From the NCBI GenBank assembly GCA_903842505.1, contig CAIMMI010000283.1, forward strand, positions 2,568 through 66,567: DNA of 64,000 bases, written 5' to 3'. The DNA comes from an uncultured Verrucomicrobiota bacterium. Its GTDB lineage: Bacteria; Verrucomicrobiota; Verrucomicrobiia; Limisphaerales; UBA9464. Below are positions 52,700-60,754 of this stretch, piece after piece. The notes below the pieces were generated by a model. The model did no database searches, was not told the DNA's origin, and was given only the letters and a program-made list of their open reading frames with translations. A program made the translations under genes and the position numbers. Each line of letters opens with the position of its first letter. Within the stretch, counting starts at the first letter, position 1.

Positions 52700-54880
52700 A
52701 TGAATCGACTATTTGCCCGCGCCGCGCGCGGTTGGTGGCTCCTGATGTTGCTGGGGGCCTTTCTACCGTTTTCGTCCCGAGCCCAGGAGGTCAACGCCAG
52801 GTTGTTGGGTCGGGTCAATCCGCCCGCTTCCGGAGTCGAGCGAAAGCGGATCCGTCCCGGGGACTGGGTGGAGATCACGGGGAGCGGGTTGACCGCGGTC
52901 CGGTCAATCCGGTTCGGTCTGGCAACGGCGACATTCACAGGGAACTCAACGCGCCTGGTGGCGGTGGTGCCGCCGGGTGCCACGATCGGGCCGCTGTCGC
53001 TGTCGGATTCGTTCGGGCTGTTCTTCGTCACCGAGTTCAACTTTCAGGTCTCGCCCAGGGTGACGGGATTTGGGCGGGCCATTCCCTCGCCGAGTTCGCC
53101 GGCGGACGCACTCCGGGGAGCACCCGGGAACTCAGTCCTGTTCACCGGCGAGAACTTCGTCGATCCCTCGGATCCGACCTTCACTTCGGGGGTATTCTTT
53201 CCCGCGAGTGGTGGCGGGTACCTTCGGGGAACGACCGAGTTCGTGTCGTCGACGAGCATCCAGGTGAAGATTCCGGCGGGTGCCGTTTCGGGGGTGCCAG
53301 TGGTCTCGAATCCTTCGGGCGACGGAGCGGCGCCGGGCGACTTCTATCTGCAGCCGTTGGTGACGTCGATCGACCCGCCGCGGGCGAAGGTCGGCGACGT
53401 GGTCACGCTGAAAGGCATCAGCCTGCTGGGGACCAGCGAGGTGTTGTTTGGTGCGACGCGCGTGGTCCCGAGCCAGGTGACTTCGACCAACGTGGTGGTG
53501 ACCGTACCGGCGCTGACCCAGTCGGTGCAATTGACGGTGACTTCGCCGGGAGGGTCATTCCTGACGGCATCGAGCCTGTTGCTGCTGCCGAGGATCACCT
53601 CGTTCACGCCGACGGGTGGGGCGCCGGGCGCGGTGGTGACGTTGAATGGCGACGGTCTGGCGGGAGCGACCGGTGTGTGGTTTGGAGGCGTCGAAGCCGT
53701 GCGGGCGACGAACGTTTCGGCTGCCCGGGTGGATGCCGTGGTACCGACCGGGGCGCTCGCCGGTCCCATCACCCTGACGACGGTCAATGGCACCAACGTG
53801 ACCTCGGCGCCGTTCATCGTCGCTCCGACGATCTCCGACTATCAACCGGCGCAGGCCAAGCCCGGTGTCTCGATCGTCATTCTCGGGTCCAACTTCACGA
53901 ACGTTTCGCGGGTGCAATTCGCCGGGGGTGTGGACGCTGTGTACACGGTCGTCGCCTCGAACCGCATCACGGCCACCGTTCCACTGGGCGCCGTGAGTGG
54001 GCCGGTGAAGGTGACGAATCCAGGCGGGGACAGTTCGACGACCCGGGCGTTCGTGGTGACGACGTTGCAGCCAGTGATCTTTGGATTCACGCCGACGTCT
54101 GGCGCAGTTGGGACGACAGTGCGGATCAACGGCGACAACCTCTCGACGGCGACGGAGGTTCGATTCAACGGGGTCGCTGTCGCCAACTTCACGGTGAACG
54201 GGGATACGAACATCGTGACCGCGCTGCCGGCCGGCGCGACCTCGGGGAAGATCTCGGTCGTGGCGTCATCGGGTACAGCGGTAAGCCCAACGGACTTCCT
54301 GGTGGGAACCACTGCGGACCTGCTGGTGACGGGGCAGGTCCTTCCCCTGTCCCCCATCGTTGGGGATGAGGCGACCTTCACGTTCCGGGTTCAGAATCGC
54401 GGTCCCCTGAATTCCGTGGGATCCATCTTTACCGTGCAATATCCCGGGGCGACCTACATCGAGGCCATCACGAGCCAGGGAACCTTCGATGCGTTTGGGA
54501 GCACGGTGGTATTCGCGGCAGGGACGATTGCGCGGAATGATTCGCTCCTGGTCAGTGTCCGGGTCCGGACCCGATCGACCTCGGCGGTTACCGCAACCGG
54601 ACAGGTAACCTCGGATACGCCCGATCCGACGACCGCCGACCAGCGCGCGCAGGTGACGATCGTCCCGGTCCAACCATCCCTCGCCCTGAGTCTTTTGGCG
54701 GATGGACGCGTGCAACTCAGTTGGCCGTCACAGTCGTCGACCCTGGTTCTGCAGGAGGCTGCGGATCCATTGGGTCCCTGGCAGACAACGAGCGGCACTC
54801 CCGAAGCAGCCGGAAATGGGCGCAGGTTGATCCTGACACCCCTGCTGGGTGAGCGGGTGTACCGTCTGCGGCTGCCGTGA
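52700..54880 (+). CDS. secreted IPT/TIG-repeat protein with DUF11-like domain and the shared C-terminal domain
   Basis: Signal peptide MNRLFARAARGWWLLMLLGAFLPFSSRAQ. There are about 7-8 IPT-like repeats (P..G.PG..VT..G..L.....V.F.G......V.....V.A.VP.GA..GP.T). A DUF11-like segment (ADLLVTGQV...FTFRVQNRGP) follows, then the C-terminal LSWPS...LVLQEA..PLGPW...VYRLRLP. Confidence 0.8.
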   Translation: MNRLFARAARGWWLLMLLGAFLPFSSRAQEVNARLLGRVNPPASGVERKRIRPGDWVEITGSGLTAVRSIRFGLATATFTGNSTRLVAVVPPGATIGPLSLSDSFGLFFVTEFNFQVSPRVTGFGRAIPSPSSPADALRGAPGNSVLFTGENFVDPSDPTFTSGVFFPASGGGYLRGTTEFVSSTSIQVKIPAGAVSGVPVVSNPSGDGAAPGDFYLQPLVTSIDPPRAKVGDVVTLKGISLLGTSEVLFGATRVVPSQVTSTNVVVTVPALTQSVQLTVTSPGGSFLTASSLLLLPRITSFTPTGGAPGAVVTLNGDGLAGATGVWFGGVEAVRATNVSAARVDAVVPTGALAGPITLTTVNGTNVTSAPFIVAPTISDYQPAQAKPGVSIVILGSNFTNVSRVQFAGGVDAVYTVVASNRITATVPLGAVSGPVKVTNPGGDSSTTRAFVVTTLQPVIFGFTPTSGAVGTTVRINGDNLSTATEVRFNGVAVANFTVNGDTNIVTALPAGATSGKISVVASSGTAVSPTDFLVGTTADLLVTGQVLPLSPIVGDEATFTFRVQNRGPLNSVGSIFTVQYPGATYIEAITSQGTFDAFGSTVVFAAGTIARNDSLLVSVRVRTRSTSAVTATGQVTSDTPDPTTADQRAQVTIVPVQPSLALSLLADGRVQLSWPSQSSTLVLQEAADPLGPWQTTSGTPEAAGNGRRLILTPLLGERVYRLRLP

Positions 54881-55207
54881 CGGCGGCGGCCTGCGTCGTC
54901 CACGACGGTTTCTGGCGCTGAATCTTTGGGCCTCGATGCTTACCGTGGGGTTGAAGCTGGAAATGGTTCACGCGGAGACGTGGAGGGAGCGGATGGGGGC
55001 GCGCCGAACGTGGTTGGAGGTCGGGGTGGTGGGAAGCACCCTGCGGTTGGTGTTGGGGAAGCCGAAGGAGTGGATCGTGAGCGGCGCTTGTGGGGGGGCG
55101 ACACGGGGTCCGTTCGGCTGGGTGATCTGGGCCATCTGCGGATCCATGAACTGCGGATTCCAAGACCCAGGCACCCGTCCTCGGTCGGAGGCCAGCTCCC
55201 CCTGGAA

Positions 55208-55651
55208 TCAGGAAGTCAGGGGATTCCAGACCTTGCGGAAACCCAACCCCTCGAAATCCTTCACATTCACCGTCGCGAACGTGGTCACGCCCTGGGAGAG
55301 CATGGTGAGTGCCGTGCGCACGTCGTAGAGCCTCCGGAACGCGAACCCCTTCGTTCGGGCGTGCTTCCAGAGGGCGTCATGCAGTGGTCGGCTTTCCACC
55401 TGGAATCCGATGAGCCGCCAACGTGGGTGGGCACGATAGGTCTGGATGACCTCCACCGCCTCCTCCGCCGAAAGAGGATTCCTGAGGGCAGCCGGGTTGC
55501 GCAGGAGTCCGTAGAACTCGGCCAGGATCAGTTCGGAGATGGCCACGTCTTCCTTGCCAGCGATGGACATCAGCCAGCGATGTGCCGCTGCGTGATGCGG
55601 CGAATCCGCGTTGAAGGCGTGGAACAGGATGTTCGTGTCAACGGAGAGCAT
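55208..55651 (-). CDS. vapC: type II toxin-antitoxin system toxin, PIN domain (VapC family)
   Basis: MLSVDTNILFHAF is the N-terminal acidic PIN motif, followed by ELILAEF, DVRTALT and ATVNVKDF. It overlaps the upstream antitoxin gene by 14 bp. Confidence 0.85.
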   Translation of the reverse strand: MLSVDTNILFHAFNADSPHHAAAHRWLMSIAGKEDVAISELILAEFYGLLRNPAALRNPLSAEEAVEVIQTYRAHPRWRLIGFQVESRPLHDALWKHARTKGFAFRRLYDVRTALTMLSQGVTTFATVNVKDFEGLGFRKVWNPLTS

Positions 55652-55925
55652 TGGCAGACTTCTTTCGTGGACGGGCGAGGTCGAGTTGGGCCGAAGTTGC
55701 CTGTGCTGCTTCCTTCAATTCAGCATCGCTGAGCCCCTGCCAGCCGAGCTTGCGCGGTGTGGGTGGTTGCCACTCCGGGTTTGCCTCCGGCTCGGGCGAA
55801 TAAACGCTCAGGATGTACTCGATGCCTCGCCGGGCGAGCTCAGCCATCGAGATCTCCCGCGCCTCACAGACTTTCCTCGCGCGCGCGTGGATCTCGTCAG
55901 GAAGTTGGATCTGAGTTCGTGTCAT
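55638..55925 (-). CDS. vapB: type II antitoxin (ribbon-helix-helix/CopG-like, VapB-type)
   Basis: MTRTQIQLPDEIHARARKVCEAREISMAELARRGIEYIL shows an RHH-like beta-alpha-alpha pattern. The protein is 95 aa and lies immediately upstream of and overlapping vapC. Confidence 0.7.
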   Translation of the reverse strand: MTRTQIQLPDEIHARARKVCEAREISMAELARRGIEYILSVYSPEPEANPEWQPPTPRKLGWQGLSDAELKEAAQATSAQLDLARPRKKSANALR

Positions 55926-55938
55926 GACGACAGATTGC

Positions 55939-55978
55939 CAGCACGGCGTAGCGCCGTCAATGTGACGGCATCGTGCTG
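55939..55978. promoter_or_regulatory. nested inverted repeat immediately upstream of vapB; candidate antitoxin operator
   Basis: cagcacg-gcgtagc-GCCGTCA-atg-TGACGGC-at-cgtgctg. The 7-bp perfect palindrome (55953-55969) is flanked by a second 7-bp inverted pair. It begins 14 nt upstream of the vapB ATG (55925, minus strand). Confidence 0.45.
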
Positions 55979-56155
55979 CCATGCTCCGGAATCAACGAAC
56001 CCTGGGAACTGACGCAGGCCGGATACGTCGTGGTCCATACGACCCATCCGACGATGCTCTCCCATCGCACGGTGATTTCTGCGGTGAGCCGGTTTTTGAG
56101 GACAGGGACGTTTCGGGAGGCGGCAGAACAGGATTCTGGAAACCGGTGACTGGGT

Positions 56156-56308
56156 CTGCCTCGTGACCTCGTCAGCTACGAGCGTAGCAGACGACGTGAG
56201 GAGGCTGTGGAAGAAGTCCCGAGTCTGAAGATTCAAGCCTGCCTGCATCCCTGCCTCGTGACCTCGTCAGCTACGAGCGTAGCAGACGACGTGAGGAGGC
56301 TGTGGAAG
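56156..56308. repeat. two identical 58-bp internally palindromic units (56156-56213 and 56251-56308) separated by a 37-bp spacer
   Basis: The unit is ctgcctcgtgacctcgtcagctacgagcgtagcagacgacgtgaggaggctgtggaag, and the two copies are identical by eye. The spacer aagtcccgagtctgaagattcaagcctgcctgcatcc carries the GAAGATTCAAG family motif. Confidence 0.9.
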
Positions 56309-56367
56309 GAGTTGCATCGCCCTTGCCCGCATTTTGGGGCCGCCGGGTGAGGGCACCCGGCCTTCAG

Positions 56368-59300
56368 CTACTTCCCAAGCGACTGGATCAGGCGGCGGAT
56401 CTCGGCGATGCGGGCGGAGGCGGTGCGTTTGGTGAGGCGCGGGAACTGGCCGCCGATGGTGACGAGGTCGTTGTTGCGGGTGAGCTTGAGCTTGCCCTCG
56501 GTCACCTCGATGCCCGTGACGCGGTGCGAGGCGGCGAAGATGCGGAGTTCGGCGAGTTCGAGGAGGAGGTCGACCGGGGGAGGCAGCGGTCCGAAGCGAT
56601 CGCGGAGTTCGCGTCGGAGGGTGTCGAGGCCCGCCTTGTCGGCGAGTTGGGCGAGTTTGCGGTGGACCTCGATGCGCTGGGCCGGTTCGCGGATGTAGTC
56701 GAGCGGCAGGAAGGCGGGTTCGCGGGTGGCGGGGCCCTCGGCTTCGTCGGTGCGTTTCTTGCGGCCCCGTCCAGACCGGGTGGTTGAATCGTCGTCTTCA
56801 TCGTCGTCGGTGCTCCAGACGTCCGAGTCGCGGGGCACTCGGATGGTGAGGCGTGGGCGATTGGGATCGAGGACGGTATCCGACGGGGCGGAGGGAATGG
56901 GGGTGGCCTCGGCTGGATTGAGGGCGAGGAAATCGATGCGGGTACGGACGTCGACGCGAGGCTTGGGAGACTCGCCCTTGAGCGTGGAGATGCTCTGACC
57001 GAGAAGTTGGCAGTAGAGGTCGAATCCGACGGCGGTGATGTGGCCGGACTGCTGGGCGCCGAGGAGGTTGCCGGCGCCGCGGATCTCCAGGTCGCGCATG
57101 GCGATCTTGAAGCCGGATCCGAGCGCGGAGTACTGCTTGATGGCCGACATGCGCTTGCGGGCTTCCGTGAGCAGCTGGGCGTGACGCGGGAGCAGGAGGT
57201 AGGCGTAGGCCTGATGCTTGTAGCGTCCGACGCGACCGCGGAGTTGGTAGAGTTCGGAAAGGCCGAAGCGGTCGGCGCGGTCGATGATGATGGTGTTGGC
57301 GTTGGGGATATCGAGGCCGCTTTCGATGATGGTGGTGGAGATCAGGACATCGGCCTCGCCATTGACGAAGCGCGTCATGACGCGTTCGAGGTCGTCGGGA
57401 TCCATTTGGCCGTGGCCGACGAGGACGCGGGCCTCGGGCAGGAGGGAGCGGACGCGGAGGGCGAGGGCTTCGATGGACGAGACGCGGTTGTGGAGGAAGT
57501 AGACCTGACCGCCGCGGTTGATCTCACGCTGGATGGCGTCGCGGATCAGACGTTCGTCGTAATTGGTGACGACGGTCTCGACGGGGAGACGGTCCTGAGG
57601 CGGCGTCTCCAGGGTGGAGAGGTCGCGGGCGCCGGTGAGGGCGAGGTAGAGGGTGCGCGGGATGGGGGTGGCGGAGAGGGTGAGGACGTCGATGGTCTGC
57701 CGGAGGAGTTTGAACTGTTCCTTGTGGCGGACGCCGAACTTCTGTTCCTCGTCGACGATGACGAGGCCGAGGTCCTTGAACTGGACGTCGGACGAGACGA
57801 TGCGGTGGGTTCCGATGACGATGTCGACGGTCCCGTTGGCGGCGGCCTCGAGGACGGCGCGCTGTTGCTTGGGAGTGCGGAAGCGGGAGAGGAGTTCGAT
57901 GCGCACGGGGTATTCGGCCATGCGATCGCGGAAATTGTTGTAGTGCTGTTGGGCGAGGACGGTGGTGGGGACGAGGATGGCGACCTGTTTTCCTCCGAGC
58001 ACGGCCTTGAAGGCGGCGCGGATGGCGACCTCGGTCTTGCCGAAGCCGACGTCGCCGCAGAGCAGGCGGTCCATGGGCTTGGGGGCCTCCATGTCGGTCT
58101 TGGCGGCGGCGATGGCGCGGAGTTGGTCGGGGGTTTCCTCGTATTCGAAGGAGGCCTCGAACTCGCGTTGCCAGGGGGCGTCGGAAGGGAAAGCGTGACC
58201 GGGTTTCGTGGCGCGGGTGGCCTGGATGGTGAGGAGTTCGGCGGCGAGATCGCGTACGGCGCGCTGGGCCTGTTCCTTGGCCTTGGTCCAGCGGTTGCCG
58301 CCGAGGGTGGAGAGTTGGGGGCGGGCCTTGCCGGCGCCAACGTACTTCGAGACGAGGTGGGCCTCGTTGACGGGAACGTAGAGGCGGGGTGGTTCGGTGG
58401 CGGAACCGGAAGGGGCGTACTCGATGACGAGGCATTCGTCGCCGGTGGATTCGTTGGAAGTGGCCTCGCCGCGGCGTCGATTCTGGGGCTGAAGCGTCTT
58501 CAGTCCGCGGAATATTCCGATGCCATTCTCCAGGTGGACGACGTAGTCGCCTTCCTCGAACTCCGTGAAGTCGACCTCGAAGACGGATCGGACGGCGGAG
58601 GCGTGGCGGGACTTGAGTCGGCGTGGGCGCTGGACCTTGTAGCGGCCATAGATCTCGGCGTCGGTGACGACCACGAGACGGGCATCAGGAACGAGGAATC
58701 CGCGATTGAGGACGCCGATGTGGCAATGAGGGGCGGGCAACGGGAGCCCGAATTCGGTCCAGAGTTCCTGGAATCGCTGACGTTCGCCTTCGTGGCCGCA
58801 GAACACGTGGACTTCGTGTTCCTGACGGGTCCATCGATGGAGTTGCTGAAAGAACTCGCGGCGCTGGGCTTCGGCGACTTGCGGGTCGGGGAGGGTGGCG
58901 CCGATGGGGCGGTAGGCATCGAGGCCCGGGAAACCGGAAGGGGCGGAATCGGGGAGGTCGGTATCGAGGCCTTCCGTGAGACTGAGTCGGCGCAGGCCGC
59001 GACGGGAGGTCTCGGCAAGGACGTCATCCCAATCGATGGAAAATCGGTCGCCGGGTGGCACCTGCTGGCGGTAGCGGAGGGACTGGTCGAGGAGGGCGTC
59101 CGGTTCGGAGAGGAGGAGGAGGGTGTCCTTGGGGAGGAAGTCGAGGAGGGAACCGAGTTTGGGTTCGGGGTGCGGAGCGGCGGTGGGGGCGTCGTCGTGG
59201 GTTGAGGCGCGTCGGGAGGGCTTGAGAAGGCCGAGTTCGCCGGCAGGTGGGATGACGATTTCGGAAATGGTCTCGCGGGAGATCTGGGCTTGGGGGTCGA

Positions 59301-60006
59301 ATTCGCGGAGCGATTCGAGGTCATCGCCGAAGAACTCCAGTCGGACCGGCCAAGGCGAAGAGAGCGGCCAGAGGTCGACGATGCCGCCGCGCCACGAGAG
59401 TTCGCCTTTGCCGGTGACCTGGGCCTCGGGTTCGTAGCCCTGTTCCTCGAGCCATTCGATGAGGTCGAGTGGGTTGAGGGTGTCGCCGCGGCGAAGGGTG
59501 CGGGTGCGGGTCCCGAGATCGTCGCGGGTGAAGGTCCGTTGGAGCAGGGCGATGACGGAGGTGACGATGATGCGTGGGCGATCGGGGCCGGGTGAGGCGA
59601 GATGGATGAGTGTTTCGAGACGTTCGGCGATGACGTCGGAGTGAGGCAGTTTGTTTTCGTGCGGGAGGGTTTCCCAAGCGGCGTGGAAGAGCGGGGCGGG
59701 GCCGGGTTCGAGCCAGGTGGCGAGGTCGGCGTGGAACCGTTCCTGGGACTTGAGGCCGTCGGTGACGATGAGGAGCGTGCGGGCAGGGTTGGCGCGGTGG
59801 AGTTGGGCGGCGAGGTAGGGTTGGGCGCCGGCGGAGACACCGCGCAGGAGGGGATCGGTATCGGGAGCCGCGAGGGCCTCGAGTGAAGGCGCGACGTGGG
59901 CAGGGAAGAGCGATTCCGGGCGGGGAACCCGGATGGGCGGGGCAGGGGTGGGTGCCGAATCGTTGGCCAAGTGCGGGGAAGCTGGAAAGCGTTGGCAGGA
60001 AGTCAA
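56368..60006 (-). CDS. mfd: transcription-repair coupling factor
   Basis: 1212 aa. Superfamily-2 helicase motifs LLCGDVGFGKTEVA, VIVDEEQKFGV, TLSATPIPRTL and HGQM are present, as are a CarD-like domain (GDYVVHLENGIG) and a TRCF C-terminal domain. Confidence 0.93.
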   Translation of the reverse strand: MTSCQRFPASPHLANDSAPTPAPPIRVPRPESLFPAHVAPSLEALAAPDTDPLLRGVSAGAQPYLAAQLHRANPARTLLIVTDGLKSQERFHADLATWLEPGPAPLFHAAWETLPHENKLPHSDVIAERLETLIHLASPGPDRPRIIVTSVIALLQRTFTRDDLGTRTRTLRRGDTLNPLDLIEWLEEQGYEPEAQVTGKGELSWRGGIVDLWPLSSPWPVRLEFFGDDLESLREFDPQAQISRETISEIVIPPAGELGLLKPSRRASTHDDAPTAAPHPEPKLGSLLDFLPKDTLLLLSEPDALLDQSLRYRQQVPPGDRFSIDWDDVLAETSRRGLRRLSLTEGLDTDLPDSAPSGFPGLDAYRPIGATLPDPQVAEAQRREFFQQLHRWTRQEHEVHVFCGHEGERQRFQELWTEFGLPLPAPHCHIGVLNRGFLVPDARLVVVTDAEIYGRYKVQRPRRLKSRHASAVRSVFEVDFTEFEEGDYVVHLENGIGIFRGLKTLQPQNRRRGEATSNESTGDECLVIEYAPSGSATEPPRLYVPVNEAHLVSKYVGAGKARPQLSTLGGNRWTKAKEQAQRAVRDLAAELLTIQATRATKPGHAFPSDAPWQREFEASFEYEETPDQLRAIAAAKTDMEAPKPMDRLLCGDVGFGKTEVAIRAAFKAVLGGKQVAILVPTTVLAQQHYNNFRDRMAEYPVRIELLSRFRTPKQQRAVLEAAANGTVDIVIGTHRIVSSDVQFKDLGLVIVDEEQKFGVRHKEQFKLLRQTIDVLTLSATPIPRTLYLALTGARDLSTLETPPQDRLPVETVVTNYDERLIRDAIQREINRGGQVYFLHNRVSSIEALALRVRSLLPEARVLVGHGQMDPDDLERVMTRFVNGEADVLISTTIIESGLDIPNANTIIIDRADRFGLSELYQLRGRVGRYKHQAYAYLLLPRHAQLLTEARKRMSAIKQYSALGSGFKIAMRDLEIRGAGNLLGAQQSGHITAVGFDLYCQLLGQSISTLKGESPKPRVDVRTRIDFLALNPAEATPIPSAPSDTVLDPNRPRLTIRVPRDSDVWSTDDDEDDDSTTRSGRGRKKRTDEAEGPATREPAFLPLDYIREPAQRIEVHRKLAQLADKAGLDTLRRELRDRFGPLPPPVDLLLELAELRIFAASHRVTGIEVTEGKLKLTRNNDLVTIGGQFPRLTKRTASARIAEIRRLIQSLGK

Positions 60007-60031
60007 CCGGGGTTTGCGGCAGGCGCCAGGA

Positions 60032-60754
60032 TCAGCACCAGGGGCGGATGCGGGAGTCGAGGTTGAAGACCTGTCCGGAGATGTTCCGGGTTGAGACCAG
60101 GAACGCGACGAATCGGGCGACTTCGTCGGGATCGTTGGGAGTTCCGAGCGTGTTGGACTCGACGAGGTGCTGACGGGCAGCGGGCGAAAGTCGATCCGTC
60201 ATGGGGCCCTGGAGGATTCCTGGGAAGAGGGTGTTCACGCGGACCCCGTCGTGGGCGAACTCGCGCGCGAGCGATTGGGCGAGTCCAACGAGGGCAGCCT
60301 TGGTGGCGGAGTAGATGGATTGTCCTGCGCCCCCCACGGAAGAGGCGAGGCTGCTGACGAGGACGACGTGCGCCGGCGAGGAGCGGGCGAGGAGCGGGAA
60401 CAATAACCGAGTACCGAAGGCTGCCGGGCGCAGGTTGACCGCCATGCTCCGGTCCCAGGAGTCCTCGGATTGCTGGAGGAGCAATCCGTCCTCCGCAACT
60501 CCGGCATTGTGGATGAGGACCGTGAGTGCCGGGGTGACGGCGCCGATGCGTTCGGCGGCGGATTTCCAGTCGCTGTCGCTGGTGACGTCGAGATCCAAGG
60601 GCACGATACCGGGATCGGTTGCGGGCGGCCGTGATCGGTGGAAGCCGGCGAAGGTGGTCCAACCCTGAGAGGCAAACTGGCGGGTCAGTGCAGAGCCGAG
60701 CGTGCCGCCGGCACCGGTGATCAGCACGGATGGAATGGGCCCGCTCCGGCTCAT
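60032..60754 (-). CDS. SDR-family oxidoreductase
   Basis: VLITGAGGTLGSAL is a TGxxxGxG-type motif. NAG and the catalytic YSATKAAL are also present. The start at ATG 60754 overlaps the upstream stop (ATGA). Confidence 0.85.
   Translation of the reverse strand: MSRSGPIPSVLITGAGGTLGSALTRQFASQGWTTFAGFHRSRPPATDPGIVPLDLDVTSDSDWKSAAERIGAVTPALTVLIHNAGVAEDGLLLQQSEDSWDRSMAVNLRPAAFGTRLLFPLLARSSPAHVVLVSSLASSVGGAGQSIYSATKAALVGLAQSLAREFAHDGVRVNTLFPGILQGPMTDRLSPAARQHLVESNTLGTPNDPDEVARFVAFLVSTRNISGQVFNLDSRIRPWC

Noticed and set aside
56156-56308. Possible CRISPR array (direct repeats with a spacer)
   Set aside because: There are only two repeat copies. The 58-bp units are longer than typical CRISPR repeats. 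The spacer carries a motif from the dispersed repeat family. No cas genes are in the window.
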